DNA from: Betaproteobacteria bacterium
Lineage (GTDB): Bacteria > Pseudomonadota > Gammaproteobacteria > Burkholderiales > SG8-39
Direction of reading: 5' to 3'
DNA: 64,000 bases
Assembly (NCBI GenBank): GCA_037443705.1
Contig: JBBINV010000005.1
Span: forward strand, 1,578-65,577
The position numbers were made by a program, and so were the translations under genes. The first letter of the stretch is position 1. Each line of letters begins with the position of its first letter. Positions 36,916-47,561 of the stretch are shown here, in pieces. The notes beneath the pieces were generated by a model, which made no database searches, was not told the origin of the DNA, and worked only from the letters and a program-made list of their open reading frames with translations.

Positions 36916-37196
36916 TCCTCGCCGCGCCATCGGCGGCACTCGCCTGCGACGTGCCCCCGGACGAGGGCAGCATGCCGCTCAGGCGCCTGATCGCGCGCGT
37001 CAGGTTCCTGCCGGAGACCGAAAGCTGGCAGAAGTCGCTCCCGGAGGGCGTGATTGCACAATACGTGCTGCTCGTCGATTCGCCGCGGAAGATCCGCGGC
37101 CGCTGCTATTGGCCGGTAGAGATTCGAGCCGGCGGCGAGCTCTGGAAGCGCTACCTCGTGGCCGCCGACGGCGGACGCGTCATCGAGCGCCGCTGA
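36885..37196 (+). CDS. hypothetical small lipoprotein/exported protein
   Basis: High GC3. The N-terminus ...LILAAPSAALAC has a lipobox-like ALAC. GTG start overlaps the upstream gene by 31 nt. No family recognised. Confidence 0.4.
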   Translation: MGPLARALALILAAPSAALACDVPPDEGSMPLRRLIARVRFLPETESWQKSLPEGVIAQYVLLVDSPRKIRGRCYWPVEIRAGGELWKRYLVAADGGRVIERR

Positions 37197-37203
37197 GAAA
37201 CGC

Positions 37204-37848
37204 CTATTTCGCGCCGCGCGCGCGCAGCAGGTCCGCGAGCTCGCGCCGCCTTGCGGCGGACGCAAGCGCAAGCGCCGTCGTGCCGCTCGCGCTCGCGGCA
37301 TTGACGTCGGCGCCGCGCTCGAGGAGCTGCTGCGCCACCTCGTAACGGTTGTAGAGAACCGCGGTGTGAAGCGGTGTGGTGCCGTTCTTCGTGCGGCTGT
37401 TCACATCGGCGCCGCGCGCAAGCAGCATCGCGACGATCGCGCGGTTGCCGCGCATCACCGCGTAGTGCAGCACCGACGCCCCCGTTCCCGGATCCTTCGC
37501 CTCGATGTCCGCGCCCGAATCGATCAGCTTCCGGGCCGCGGCCTCGTCGCCCTTCGCGACCGCCGCGTGCAGGCTCTGCGGTGCCGCCTGCGCGCTCGGG
37601 GTAGCCGCCACCGGCTCGGGCGCGGGTTGCGGCCGCGCGGCCGGCTTCCCGGGCTCCTCTGCCGGTTCCGGCTTTGCAGGTTCCGGCGCGGGCGCTTCCT
37701 CGCTGCCGCCAAAGATGCTCCGGAAGAGCCCCTTCAGGCCTTCGATAATCGCTTCGTGCGGCGGCCGCTCGTCCGCCTGCGCGCGAGCGCCCGGCATGGC
37801 CACGATCCATGCGGCAAAGAACGCCGCGACGACCCCTCGAAACCTCAT
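37204..37848 (-). CDS. secreted ankyrin-repeat protein
   Basis: Signal peptide, a Pro/Ala/Glu-rich linker, then three ANK repeats (LHYAVMRGNRAIVAMLLARGADVN, TPLHTAVLYNRYEVAQQLLERGADVN...). Confidence 0.85.
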   Translation of the reverse strand: MRFRGVVAAFFAAWIVAMPGARAQADERPPHEAIIEGLKGLFRSIFGGSEEAPAPEPAKPEPAEEPGKPAARPQPAPEPVAATPSAQAAPQSLHAAVAKGDEAAARKLIDSGADIEAKDPGTGASVLHYAVMRGNRAIVAMLLARGADVNSRTKNGTTPLHTAVLYNRYEVAQQLLERGADVNAASASGTTALALASAARRRELADLLRARGAK

Positions 37849-37872
37849 GACACCCCCCTGCAGGGTGCAGCG

Positions 37873-38505
37873 CTACTCGATCACCCCGAGCTTGCCATTA
37901 TGGCTGCCCATGTACCAGACGCGCCCGTCGGCGTCGACGATCGCCTTGCGGATCCCCGCGCCGCCCGACGGAAGCTTGAACACGCGGAACTTCTCCGTCT
38001 TCGGATCGAGCATCGCGACGGTGTCGGTGTCGATCTCGTTCGCCCACACGCGTCCCGCGCCGTCCACCGTCGCCGCGTAGGGGCCGGCGCGCGAGCCCGC
38101 GGGCATCGGGTACTCCTTCACCACTTTCATCGCCGCCGGATCGACCCTGGCGAGCCGGCCGTTGCCGTAGTACGTGACCCAGATCGAGCCGTCGCCGCTG
38201 CCGGTATAGAAGATCGTGCCGTCCTTCGCCACCACCGGCCCGTGCGGCCGCGCGCCCTCGGGCAGATCCCACTCCCTGAAGGTCTACGATCGCGTGTCGA
38301 AGCGCGCGATGCGGTTGCCGGTCATCACCGCGATGTAGATGTTGCCGTCCGGTCCCGGCGCGGGATCGCGCGCAAAGCGCGGGGTGGGTACGCTCCACTC
38401 GGTGACGTTGCCGGCGATGTCGCGGCTTCCCGGCGCAACGCCGTAGTTGGACCCGCCCGCAACCGCGACCGCAGGAAGAAACAGGGTGAGAAAACCGGAT
38501 CTCAC
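37873..38505 (-). pseudogene. Vgb-like / NHL-type beta-propeller repeat protein interrupted by one in-frame TAG
   Basis: ORFs 38284-38505 (signal peptide plus first blades) and 37873-38235 are in the same frame. They are separated only by a TAG at 38284-38286: ...IARFDTRS*TFREWDLPEGARPHGPVVAKDG.... Blade motifs recur across the stop. The GTG start overlaps the upstream stop. Confidence 0.7.
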
Positions 38506-38894
38506 TTGAACGCGTCGTCCACCGGGATGCGCAGGCCATTGGCCAGCCGGTTGGTCTCGTTTGCCAGGCCCACCACCGCCATCAGCTCCATGAGCATCGC
38601 CTCGCTCATGCCCTTCCTGCGCGCCGCCGCGGTGTGCGAATGGGTGCAGTACTCGCAGCCATTGGTCGCGCTCACCGCGACATAGACCATCTCCTTCACC
38701 AGGGGATCGAGCGCGCCCGGCGCCATCACCTGCTTCACGTTCTCCCAGACGCGGCGCAGCAGCGCCGGGTCGTTGGCGAGCGCCTTCCAGAAGTTGTTCA
38801 CCCAGTCGACGTTGCGGGTTTTCATGATGTCGTCGTACACCGCCCGCACCTCGGGCGGGGCCGCGGCGTACTCGACCAGACTCACCAGCGCCAT
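38502..38894 (-). CDS. carboxymuconolactone-decarboxylase (AhpD-like) family protein
   Basis: The GCEYCTHSH CxxC motif is typical of the CMD/AhpD family. ATG 38894 is preceded by GGAGGAA. Confidence 0.85.
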   Translation of the reverse strand: MALVSLVEYAAAPPEVRAVYDDIMKTRNVDWVNNFWKALANDPALLRRVWENVKQVMAPGALDPLVKEMVYVAVSATNGCEYCTHSHTAAARRKGMSEAMLMELMAVVGLANETNRLANGLRIPVDDAFK

Positions 38895-38936
38895 GCGAAG
38901 TTCCTCCGGCCGCAATGATAGCGCCGGGTCCGGCGC

Positions 38937-39971
38937 TCAGTGCGCGAGTATCACCTCGGGCACGGCATGCAGCGGCACCACCCGGTCGGCGGCGCCCAGC
39001 TTCACCGCCTCCTTGGGCATGCCGTACACGACACAGGTGGCCTCGTCCTGCGCGCAGGTGTGCGCGCCGGCATCGTGCATCTCCTTCAGCCCTCGCGCGC
39101 CGTCATCGCCCATTCCCGTCAGGATGATGCCGAGCGCGTTGCGCCCGGCATATCTGGCCACCGAGCGGAACAGCACGTCGACTGAGGGCCGGTGGCGGTT
39201 GACGGGCGGGCCGTCGAGCACCTCGACGAAGTATTGCGCTCCGCTGCGGTTGAGCTGCATTTGGCGGCCGCCGGGCGCAATCAGCGCTCGCCCGGGCACC
39301 ACGCGGTCTCCGTTCCGGGCCTCGCGCACCTCGAGCTGGCAGAGCTGGTCCAGCCGTGCGGCGAACGAGGCGGTGAATTTCTCCGGCATGTGCTGCACGA
39401 TCACGATCCCCGGGCATACGCGCGGCAGCCTCGAGAGCACCTGCTCAAGGGCCTGCGTACCGCCCGTCGAGGTTCCGATCGCGACGACCCGGTCGGTTGT
39501 CTGCGCCAGCGCGGCCGCAGGTCCGGGGGCAAGGGATGGGAGACGCTTCCCGGAAGATACTCCTCCCAGGTTTGCGCCTGCGGCGCTCTTGACAGCCCGG
39601 ATCAGCTCTTCTCCGGCCTGAGGCAGCGCCGCCTTCAGCAGTGCCTTCGGCTTCGTGACGAAGGTCACCGCGCCGGCGGCCAAGGCCTGAAGCGTGGTTT
39701 CCGCCCCCTTCTCGGTGAGCGTCGAGCACACCACCACCGGGGTCGGACGCGCGGCCATGAGCTTGTGCAGGAACGTGATCCCGTCCATGCGCGGCATCTC
39801 GATGTCGAGGACGATCACGTCCGGCCACTCCACGCTCATGCGCTGCATGGCGATGATCGGATCGGCGGCGGTTCCGATCACGCGAATCTGCGGGTCCGCT
39901 GCGAGCAGCGCGCCGAGCACCTGGCGCACCACCGCGGAGTCATCGACGATCAGGATGCGGATCTGCTGCAT
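38937..39971 (-). CDS. cheB: protein-glutamate methylesterase/deamidase
   Basis: REC domain (ILIVDDS...[13 protein letters not shown]) plus methylesterase domain (IGTSTGG..., GMGDDGA). Confidence 0.95.
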   Translation of the reverse strand: MQQIRILIVDDSAVVRQVLGALLAADPQIRVIGTAADPIIAMQRMSVEWPDVIVLDIEMPRMDGITFLHKLMAARPTPVVVCSTLTEKGAETTLQALAAGAVTFVTKPKALLKAALPQAGEELIRAVKSAAGANLGGVSSGKRLPSLAPGPAAALAQTTDRVVAIGTSTGGTQALEQVLSRLPRVCPGIVIVQHMPEKFTASFAARLDQLCQLEVREARNGDRVVPGRALIAPGGRQMQLNRSGAQYFVEVLDGPPVNRHRPSVDVLFRSVARYAGRNALGIILTGMGDDGARGLKEMHDAGAHTCAQDEATCVVYGMPKEAVKLGAADRVVPLHAVPEVILAH

Positions 39972-39984
39972 GGGGCGGGCGCCG

Positions 39985-40470
39985 CTATCGCGCGCGGACG
40001 TGTCGCGCGAACACTTCGCCGGTGGCGAGGTCGAGAAGGATGTTGCGATACCCGGAGCCTCCTACGCTTTCGGCATGGACATCGATCCCGATCGAGCCGA
40101 GCAGTGCTCGCGCCTGGCCCACATTGCGCTCGCCGACGCCGCTCTCGATCGCGCCGGCGGCGCCGGCAAACCGGCTCGATCCGCCGAATATCTTGGCTAC
40201 GTACTCCTTCGGCCGCGTGCCCCGCCTCAGCATGTGCTGCACAAGGATCTGGAGCGCCTCGTCGGCATAGCGGGCATCCAGCGGGACGCCATCGGCGCGG
40301 CTGCGGCCCGGCAGGAGGTAATGGCACATGCCGCCGACCCGGACCCCGGGATGCCACAGCGTGATCGCGACGCATGTCCCGAGGAGCGTGCGCAGGCGCG
40401 TCGGCGCCGCGTCGAACCAGAGCTCCCCGGGCCGGAGGTAGTGCTCGACGCCGGCGGCGAGCGCGTTCAC
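39985..40470 (-). CDS. cheD: chemoreceptor glutamine deamidase
   Basis: [12 protein letters not shown]...GGMCHYLLP...KIFGG. GTGA overlap with the cheR stop. Confidence 0.9.
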   Translation of the reverse strand: MNALAAGVEHYLRPGELWFDAAPTRLRTLLGTCVAITLWHPGVRVGGMCHYLLPGRSRADGVPLDARYADEALQILVQHMLRRGTRPKEYVAKIFGGSSRFAGAAGAIESGVGERNVGQARALLGSIGIDVHAESVGGSGYRNILLDLATGEVFARHVRAR

Positions 40471-41279
40471 GGCTTCCGGTAGACCGCGGGTCCGTCGGCC
40501 GGGAGGCCGCCGTACACGCCGCTCAGGCTCTCGGAATGCCCTACGAACAGAAAGCCCCCGCGCCGGATGCGCGATTCCACGCGCTCGATCACCGCACGCT
40601 TGGTCGGCACGTCGAAGTAGATCAGGACGTTTCGCAGGAACACGACGTCGAACTCTCCCAGCGGCGGAAGCGGTTCCATGAGATTCACCTGCCTGAACGA
40701 CACCCGCTCGCGGAGCGAGCGCTCGACGAGCAGGGTCCCGCTCTGGCGCCCGACACCCTTCAGGCAATAGCGCGCCAGATAGGCGCGCGGGATGCCATCC
40801 GTGCGAGCGAGCGAATAGTGACCGGCCGCGGCGCGCTCGAGCACGCGGCTGCTGAGGTCGGTCGCGACAACCTCCCACGGCGAGCCGCTGCGGCAGTCGT
40901 CCAACACCATAGCGACGCTGTAGGGCTCCTCTCCGCTCGAGCAGGCGGCGCTCCAGACGCGGAACGGGCGCGCGGCAGAGGCCTCCCGCGCGAGGCGCTC
41001 GAGCCGGGCGAAGTGCCTCGGCTCGCGAAAGAAATACGTCTCGTTGGTGGTCAGCAGGTCGATAGCGGTCGCGAGCTCGCCGTCCCTGCCGCCCGCCTCC
41101 AGCAGCCTCACATAGGAGCGGAAATCGGGAAGTTGCAGCGCGCGCACCCGCTTGCCGAGCCGCGCGCAGACCAGGGGTTTCTTCTCGGCGCCGAGCCGGA
41201 TCCCGGCGATGCGCTGGCAGGCCTCGCGGATCCACGCAAATTCACGATCGCCGATGAGCGTGCCTGCCGCGGCGTCCAT
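40467..41279 (-). CDS. cheR: chemotaxis protein methyltransferase
   Basis: TTNETYFFREPRHF, VWSAACSSGEEPYS and VFLRNVLIYF. Confidence 0.95.
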   Translation of the reverse strand: MDAAAGTLIGDREFAWIREACQRIAGIRLGAEKKPLVCARLGKRVRALQLPDFRSYVRLLEAGGRDGELATAIDLLTTNETYFFREPRHFARLERLAREASAARPFRVWSAACSSGEEPYSVAMVLDDCRSGSPWEVVATDLSSRVLERAAAGHYSLARTDGIPRAYLARYCLKGVGRQSGTLLVERSLRERVSFRQVNLMEPLPPLGEFDVVFLRNVLIYFDVPTKRAVIERVESRIRRGGFLFVGHSESLSGVYGGLPADGPAVYRKP

Positions 41280-41288
41280 GATGTCGCC

Positions 41289-43268
41289 TCAGGCCTGCCG
41301 GGGCTCGAAGGCAAGGGGTACGGCAGTCGACGCGGAGGGTTTTTTCACGGACGCCTTTCGCTCCTTCGCCGGTGCGGCGGCGGACCCGTGTGCCTCGAGC
41401 TTGAAGAAGCCCATCAGGCGCTGCAGCTGCTCGGCCTGACCGCTCATCTCCTCGGCGGTCGCCGCCAGTTCCTCCGAGGCCGAGGCGTTCTGCTGCGTGG
41501 CCTGGTTGAGCTGCGTCACCGCGGTGTTGATCTGCTTGACCCCCGAGGACTGCTCCTCCGAGGCCGCCGTGATCTCCTGCACCAGGTCCGAGGTCTTGGC
41601 GATCGAGGGCACCATCTCCTCCAGGAGCTTGCCCGCTTTTTCCGCGAGCTTGACGCTCGAGCCCGCAAGCTCGCCGATCTCCTGCGCCGCCACCTGGCTG
41701 CGCTCGGCCAGCTTTCTCACCTCCGCGGCCACCACCGCGAAGCCCTTGCCGTGCTCGCCCGCCCTCGCCGCCTCGATCGCGGCATTGAGCGCCAGCAGGT
41801 TCGTCTGGTAAGCGATGTCGTCCACGATCCCGATCCGCTCGGCGATCGACTTCATCGCCGTCACCGTCTCGCGCACCGCCTCGCCCCCCTCTTTCGCCTC
41901 CTTGGCCGCCTTTGCGGCCATGCCGTCGGTCACCTTCGCGTTCTCGGCGTTCTGCGCGATCGAGCTGGTCATCTGCTCCACCGAACTCGAGGTCTCCTCG
42001 ACGCTGGAGGCCTGCTCGGTCGCCGCCTGGCTGATCGACTGCGCGGTGGCGCTCACCTCCTCCGAGGCCGAGGCCAGCGCGTCCGCCGAGCCCCTCACCT
42101 CCGCAATGATCTGCGTCAGCTGCTCGTTCATCGTCTTCATCGCCGAAAGCAGCTGACCCGTCTCGTCGCGTCCCGCCGCCTCGATCTGCACGCTCAAATC
42201 GCCCTTTGCCAGCCGGCCGGCCGCTTCGACCGCCTGCCCCAGCGGGCGCGTCACCGAGCGGGTGATCGCCCAGCCGAGGAACGCCGCGAGCAGCGCTACC
42301 GCAATCACCCCGCCGATGACCCAGCGCTGCGCGGCCTGGAAGCGCGCGACGCGTCCCTGCAGCATCGTGTCGAGCGCCTCCATCGCCATCCCGTTCAGCC
42401 GGAACTGCGCATCGATCACCTGCGTGAACGTGGCGAAATAGCGGTCGGGCGCGAAGTCGAGCGTTTCCCGCTCGACGATTTCCTCGGTCGCGAGCTTCAT
42501 CGCACGGCCGGCCTGCGCGATGCTCTCCTTCGCGATCCCTCCGAGCCTGTCGCCCAGCCATGCGTCCGAGGCGAGCGATTTCCCGAGCGCGAGGTCCATC
42601 TGGGCGAAGTGGTAGCGCGTCCGGCCCACCAGCGCAGCCATCCCCGCGCGCTCCTCCGACGTGACCGCCTTCGCCGCCAGGAACCCGGTCCCGCGGGCAC
42701 GCATCTGCCCGAGGGTTTCCGTGAGCCACGGCATGTGAAAGACCGTCGCCATGATCAGGTGGTATCCGGTGAATTCCGGATCGAGGGACAGCCCATAGTG
42801 ATCGGCGATCCGGTCAAGCACCAGGAGCTGGTCGTTCACCAGCTCGGTATGGCGAGCCGTGCTTTCCGCGCTCGAGATAGATCCCCCGGCGACGCGCGCG
42901 GCGAGGTCCTTCCATTTTGCCGCCGCCGCGTCCCACGCACCGAGGAGCGCGGTGTCGGCGATATCGCGGCGGAACAGCGCGCCGGCGTCCTGCAGCGCGG
43001 TTTCCACCTCCGCCTGCTTCGCAGGGCGCTGCGCCTTGAGTGCGCCGTTCCCGCCGAGCGCACCGGCCGCCATGCCGCGGTGCTGCTGTGTGAGTTGCAC
43101 CACCCTGAGCAGCTTCTGCGACGGCAGCACGCCGCGCGCCTCGAGCTGCGCTGCGGCGATGCTTTCGTTGGTGCTGCGCACGTAGAGCGCGAGCGGTATG
43201 CCGGCCAGCAATGCGCCGAGCACCCCCAGGATCGCGAATTTCTGCCAGAGCAGGAGATTGCGGACCAT
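41289..43268 (-). CDS. methyl-accepting chemotaxis protein with a large periplasmic NIT-like sensor domain
   Basis: TM1, then a roughly 300-aa periplasmic helical domain containing [13 protein letters not shown] (NIT-like QxxRG motif), then TM2, HAMP and the MCP signalling hairpin ([25 protein letters not shown]). Confidence 0.9.
   Translation of the reverse strand: MVRNLLLWQKFAILGVLGALLAGIPLALYVRSTNESIAAAQLEARGVLPSQKLLRVVQLTQQHRGMAAGALGGNGALKAQRPAKQAEVETALQDAGALFRRDIADTALLGAWDAAAAKWKDLAARVAGGSISSAESTARHTELVNDQLLVLDRIADHYGLSLDPEFTGYHLIMATVFHMPWLTETLGQMRARGTGFLAAKAVTSEERAGMAALVGRTRYHFAQMDLALGKSLASDAWLGDRLGGIAKESIAQAGRAMKLATEEIVERETLDFAPDRYFATFTQVIDAQFRLNGMAMEALDTMLQGRVARFQAAQRWVIGGVIAVALLAAFLGWAITRSVTRPLGQAVEAAGRLAKGDLSVQIEAAGRDETGQLLSAMKTMNEQLTQIIAEVRGSADALASASEEVSATAQSISQAATEQASSVEETSSSVEQMTSSIAQNAENAKVTDGMAAKAAKEAKEGGEAVRETVTAMKSIAERIGIVDDIAYQTNLLALNAAIEAARAGEHGKGFAVVAAEVRKLAERSQVAAQEIGELAGSSVKLAEKAGKLLEEMVPSIAKTSDLVQEITAASEEQSSGVKQINTAVTQLNQATQQNASASEELAATAEEMSGQAEQLQRLMGFFKLEAHGSAAAPAKERKASVKKPSASTAVPLAFEPRQA
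41363..42170. repeat. 808-bp perfect direct repeat, copy 1 (3' part of the MCP gene)
   Basis: Checked block by block against 43947-44754 at an offset of 2584 bp; no mismatches seen. The flanks diverge immediately. Confidence 0.95.
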
Positions 43269-43304
43269 CGTACCTCCTTCGGAATGTGAAATCCAGTGCC
43301 GCCC

Positions 43305-43850
43305 TCAGGCGGCCGCCGCGGCGGTCTCGCCTCCGGCGCCGGCTCCTGCCGCGGCCACGATGCCCGCAAGCTCCTCCATCGACAGCACGCGCGAGAGGTC
43401 GAGCACGATCACGAACCGGTCGTCGATCTTGCCCATCGCCTCGACGAAATCTGTCCGGATCGAGGCGCCGAAGTCCGGCGCCGGCTCGATGCTCTCGGGC
43501 GGGATCTCGAGAACCTCGTTCACCGCGTCGACCACGATCCCCATCTGCTGCACCTCCTCCCCGGGAACCTCGGCGATCACGATGCAGGTGCGCTTCGAAA
43601 CCGGCTGTGCGGTGCGGCCGAACCGGACCATCAGGTCGATCACCGGCACGACCGCGCCGCGCAGGTTGATCACGCCGCGGATGTAAGGCGGAGTCATCGG
43701 CATCCGGGTCACCTGGCCGTACTCGATGATCTCGCGGATTGCGAGGATCCCGATCGCGAAGGTCTCACCTCCGAGCTGGAAGGTGAGGTACTGCCCGGCG
43801 TGCGCCGCCTGCTGCGATTCACGCTCCTGAGTGCTGACGGGTGCGTTCAT
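43305..43850 (-). CDS. cheW: chemotaxis coupling protein
   Basis: YLTFQLGGETFAIGILAIREI...IRGVINLRGAVVPVIDL. Confidence 0.95.
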   Translation of the reverse strand: MNAPVSTQERESQQAAHAGQYLTFQLGGETFAIGILAIREIIEYGQVTRMPMTPPYIRGVINLRGAVVPVIDLMVRFGRTAQPVSKRTCIVIAEVPGEEVQQMGIVVDAVNEVLEIPPESIEPAPDFGASIRTDFVEAMGKIDDRFVIVLDLSRVLSMEELAGIVAAAGAGAGGETAAAAA

Positions 43851-43860
43851 GGGGCCGGCC

Positions 43861-45474
43861 TCAGAATCGCTGGAATTCGGGCTCGAGCGCGAGCGGCGCG
43901 GCCGGCTCTTTCGCCGAGGGTTCGGGTTTGGACAGCTTCGCCTTGGCCTTCGCCGGTGCGGCGGCGGACCCGTGTGCCTCGAGCTTGAAGAAGCCCATCA
44001 GGCGCTGCAGCTGCTCGGCCTGACCGCTCATCTCCTCGGCGGTCGCCGCCAGTTCCTCCGAGGCCGAGGCGTTCTGCTGCGTGGCCTGGTTGAGCTGCGT
44101 CACCGCGGTGTTGATCTGCTTGACCCCCGAGGACTGCTCCTCCGAGGCCGCCGTGATCTCCTGCACCAGGTCCGAGGTCTTGGCGATCGAGGGCACCATC
44201 TCCTCCAGGAGCTTGCCCGCTTTTTCCGCGAGCTTGACGCTCGAGCCCGCAAGCTCGCCGATCTCCTGCGCCGCCACCTGGCTGCGCTCGGCCAGCTTTC
44301 TCACCTCCGCGGCCACCACCGCGAAGCCCTTGCCGTGCTCGCCCGCCCTCGCCGCCTCGATCGCGGCATTGAGCGCCAGCAGGTTCGTCTGGTAAGCGAT
44401 GTCGTCCACGATCCCGATCCGCTCGGCGATCGACTTCATCGCCGTCACCGTCTCGCGCACCGCCTCGCCCCCCTCTTTCGCCTCCTTGGCCGCCTTTGCG
44501 GCCATGCCGTCGGTCACCTTCGCGTTCTCGGCGTTCTGCGCGATCGAGCTGGTCATCTGCTCCACCGAACTCGAGGTCTCCTCGACGCTGGAGGCCTGCT
44601 CGGTCGCCGCCTGGCTGATCGACTGCGCGGTGGCGCTCACCTCCTCCGAGGCCGAGGCCAGCGCGTCCGCCGAGCCCCTCACCTCCGCAATGATCTGCGT
44701 CAGCTGCTCGTTCATCGTCTTCATCGCCGAAAGCAGCTGACCCGTCTCGTCGCGCCGGTCCACCTCGACCGTTGCCGTCAGGTCACCCTTGGCGAGCGTC
44801 TCGGCGACGTGCATCGCCCGGGAGACCGGACGGGTGATCGACAGCGTCACCCACACCGCGAATCCGACCGAGAGGATCAGCGCGGCCACGCCGAGCGCGG
44901 CCATCATGTTGCGCGCCGCCTCGTACTCGGCGCGCGCCTCCGCCGCGCTCTTCTCGACGATCTTCTTCTGCAGGTCGAGGAACGCGTTGACGTTCTCCAT
45001 GAACGTGTCGAGCGCAGGAAGCGTACGTTCCCTCATCACGCGCGCCGCCTCCCCGCGGTCGCCTTCCGCGAGCAGCCGGGCAACCTCGCCGAAGGACTGG
45101 ACGTACGGCGTCCGCGACTCCTTGATCTTGGCGATCGCCGCCTTGCCCTCGGGCAGGCGCACGAGCTTCTCGGCCTTGTCGATCGCGTGCGTGATCGCGT
45201 TCTTGTTTTGTTCGATGCGCTCCTTGATGCGCGCGACGTGCGCCGGATCGGTGGTGACGAAGAACTCCAGGTTACGGCGCGCGTTGTTGCGCGCGCCGCT
45301 GCTCACCTGCATCGCGAGCTCGGCCTTTACCCAGTCCTGCTCGGTGATGCGGGTCGTGATGCGGTCCATGTTCCGCATCGAAAGCAAGGCAACGGCGAGC
45401 AGCCCGCAGAACAGCAGCACCACCGTGCCGAAGCCGATGCCGAGCCGCACGCCAATCTTGAGGTTCTTGAACAT
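43861..45474 (-). CDS. methyl-accepting chemotaxis protein with a 4-helix-bundle (4HB_MCP-like) sensor
   Basis: [16 protein letters not shown]... TM1, a roughly 160-aa helical periplasmic domain, TM2, HAMP and the signalling domain. The C-terminus ends EFQRF. The start shares one nucleotide with the cheA stop (TAATG). Confidence 0.9.
   Translation of the reverse strand: MFKNLKIGVRLGIGFGTVVLLFCGLLAVALLSMRNMDRITTRITEQDWVKAELAMQVSSGARNNARRNLEFFVTTDPAHVARIKERIEQNKNAITHAIDKAEKLVRLPEGKAAIAKIKESRTPYVQSFGEVARLLAEGDRGEAARVMRERTLPALDTFMENVNAFLDLQKKIVEKSAAEARAEYEAARNMMAALGVAALILSVGFAVWVTLSITRPVSRAMHVAETLAKGDLTATVEVDRRDETGQLLSAMKTMNEQLTQIIAEVRGSADALASASEEVSATAQSISQAATEQASSVEETSSSVEQMTSSIAQNAENAKVTDGMAAKAAKEAKEGGEAVRETVTAMKSIAERIGIVDDIAYQTNLLALNAAIEAARAGEHGKGFAVVAAEVRKLAERSQVAAQEIGELAGSSVKLAEKAGKLLEEMVPSIAKTSDLVQEITAASEEQSSGVKQINTAVTQLNQATQQNASASEELAATAEEMSGQAEQLQRLMGFFKLEAHGSAAAPAKAKAKLSKPEPSAKEPAAPLALEPEFQRF
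43947..44754. repeat. 808-bp perfect direct repeat, copy 2
   Basis: Identical to 41363-42170. Confidence 0.95.
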
Positions 45475-47558
45475 TACTGCTCTCCTTTCGCAAACCGTTG
45501 ATTTCCCGAAACCAGTTTCACCAGCGCAGCCACGTCGAGAATCAGGGCGACCTCCCCGGTGCCGAGCACCGTGGAGCCCGCAATGCCGCGCAGCTGCCGG
45601 AAGAGGCTGCAGAGGGGCTTGATTACCGTCTGCTGCTCGCCCACGAGCGAGTCGACCACGAGCCCCGCCTTGCGTGCACCGCAGCGCACCACGACGACGC
45701 TTTCGCGCTTCGGTGGCGCGCCCTCGATCTCGAAGAGCTCCCGCAGCCGGATGTAAGGAAGCACTTCGCCGCGCAGGTCGAAGTGGCGGTGCGCGCCCCC
45801 GCGCGCCGCCGGGGGAAGCTCCACGCACTCGATCATCTGGTCGAGCGGCACCACGAACGTCGCGCCGCCGACCGCTACCATGAAGCCGTCGATGATCGCG
45901 AGCGTGAGCGGCAGTCGTATCGACATCGTCGCGCCCGCGCCTCGGCGCGAGGCGACCGCAACCGAACCGCGCAGCGCCTCGATGCTCTTTCTGACCGCGT
46001 CCATTCCGACGCCGCGGCCGGAAACGTTGGTCACGGTTTCGGCGGTCGAAAAGCCCGGCGCGAAGATCAGGTCGAGGATTTCCGCCTCCGTGAGGGTGGC
46101 TCCTGCCGCGACCAGACCCGCCGCATGCGCCTTGGCGAGGATTCGTTCAGGATCGATTCCGCGTCCGTCGTCGCTCACCTCGATCACGATCGCGCCGGAA
46201 TCGTGGCGCGCCGCCAGCCGCAGCGTGCCCCGCGCCGGCTTGCCGGCGGCCCGGCGTGCCCCCGGGCTCTCGATGCCATGATCGACCGCGTTGCGCACGA
46301 GATGCATCAGGGGATCGGCGATGCGCTCGACCACCGACTTGTCGAGCTCGGTTTCGCCGCCTTCGATCACGAGATCGATCTCCTTGCCGAGCTCGCGCCC
46401 GAGCTCGCGGGCAACGCGCCGAAAGCGCGCGAACGTCTCGCCGATCTGCACCATGCGGAGCTGCAGCGCGCCGTTGCGGATTTCCTCGACCAACGCCGAC
46501 ACCCCCGCTGCCGCCTCCTGAAGCTCGCCACGGCCCTCGCGCGCGAGCGCGTTCACGCCGGCGCCCGCGATCACGAGCTCGCCGACGAGGTCGATCAGCC
46601 GGTCGAGCCGGTCGGCAGCCACACGGATGAAGCGTCCGTCGTCGCTCCTGCGCTCTCTCGCGCGCGTCTGCTTGTCGAGCGCGGCGTCCACTACCGGCGC
46701 CTTGACCAGTCCTTCGCCGACGAGCGCCTCGCCGAGCAGCGCGCGTCCCTGGGTCGCGAGCGCCGCCTCCAGTTCGCCTTTGGTGAGCGCCCCGCAAGCG
46801 ACCAGGATCTCGCCGAGGCGCGTGCGCTCCTCGGGGAGCTGCTCGATCAGCGCGATGTAATCGGCGGTGCGGCTGTCGGGAGGCAGGATGCGGACGCTGC
46901 AATCGTCGCGCACGAACTTGAACGCGCTCTCGATCTGGCCGCGCTCGGCCGGGCTTTTCAGCCGCAGCTCGAAGCCGAGATAGCAGGCTTCCGGATCCAT
47001 TTCCGCGAAGCCCGGCATGGCGTCGGTGAGGACGACGAGATGGCGGACTTCGCCCAGCGTCTCCAGGTAGCCGATCACGGAGGCCGGTTCGAAGCCGTTG
47101 CGCAGTGCGTCGCGCTGGAAGCGCAGCGAGATGTGCCATTCGTCGCCCGCGCGTGTGCCACCGCGGAGCAGCGCCTCGAGCCGTGCGCGCAGCACGGATT
47201 CGCGTTCCGTCGAAACGCCGCCGTTCTCGTGCAGCAGGCCCTCGATATGGTCGCGGCACTCGACCAGCAGCGCGCTGGCCGCGGCGTCGAACGAAAGCCG
47301 TCCGCCGCGCATCGCGTCGAGCACGCTCTCCACGACATGGGTGAAGGAGACGACGCGCTCGTGCCCGAACAGGCCCGCCGAACCCTTGATCGTGTGCGCG
47401 GCGCGAAACAGCGCGTTGAGCGCGTCGGCGTTCGCGGGGTCCGCCTCGAGCCGCTGCAGGCAGCTCTCCATCTGCTGCAGCATGTCGCGACTCTCCTCGA
47501 GGAATACCTCGGCCGCGGCCTCGATCGAGAACTTCGTGGCTTCTCCGTGCTCGCCCAT
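45474..47558 (-). CDS. cheA: chemotaxis histidine kinase
   Basis: Hpt domain ([16 protein letters not shown]), dimerisation domain, HATPase (DDGRGID, GRGVGMD) and a CheW-like C-terminal domain. Confidence 0.95.
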   Translation of the reverse strand: MGEHGEATKFSIEAAAEVFLEESRDMLQQMESCLQRLEADPANADALNALFRAAHTIKGSAGLFGHERVVSFTHVVESVLDAMRGGRLSFDAAASALLVECRDHIEGLLHENGGVSTERESVLRARLEALLRGGTRAGDEWHISLRFQRDALRNGFEPASVIGYLETLGEVRHLVVLTDAMPGFAEMDPEACYLGFELRLKSPAERGQIESAFKFVRDDCSVRILPPDSRTADYIALIEQLPEERTRLGEILVACGALTKGELEAALATQGRALLGEALVGEGLVKAPVVDAALDKQTRARERRSDDGRFIRVAADRLDRLIDLVGELVIAGAGVNALAREGRGELQEAAAGVSALVEEIRNGALQLRMVQIGETFARFRRVARELGRELGKEIDLVIEGGETELDKSVVERIADPLMHLVRNAVDHGIESPGARRAAGKPARGTLRLAARHDSGAIVIEVSDDGRGIDPERILAKAHAAGLVAAGATLTEAEILDLIFAPGFSTAETVTNVSGRGVGMDAVRKSIEALRGSVAVASRRGAGATMSIRLPLTLAIIDGFMVAVGGATFVVPLDQMIECVELPPAARGGAHRHFDLRGEVLPYIRLRELFEIEGAPPKRESVVVVRCGARKAGLVVDSLVGEQQTVIKPLCSLFRQLRGIAGSTVLGTGEVALILDVAALVKLVSGNQRFAKGEQ

Positions 47559-47561
47559 GGC

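Noticed and set aside
38284-38286. TAG as pyrrolysine or another programmed recoding signal
   Set aside because: There are no pyl genes or any recoding element in the window, and this taxon type is not known to use Pyl. A nonsense mutation or base-call error is the simpler reading. It is kept only as a possibility inside the pseudogene finding.
40374-45501. Long plus-strand ORFs (40374-43289, 43831-45501) and the duplicated small ORFs 41497-41811/44081-44395 and 41815-42156/44399-44740
   Set aside because: They are antisense to cheR, the MCP genes and cheW, and are Arg/Leu/His-rich with no motifs. The identical small ORF pairs are just the antisense image of the 808-bp MCP repeat, not independent genes.
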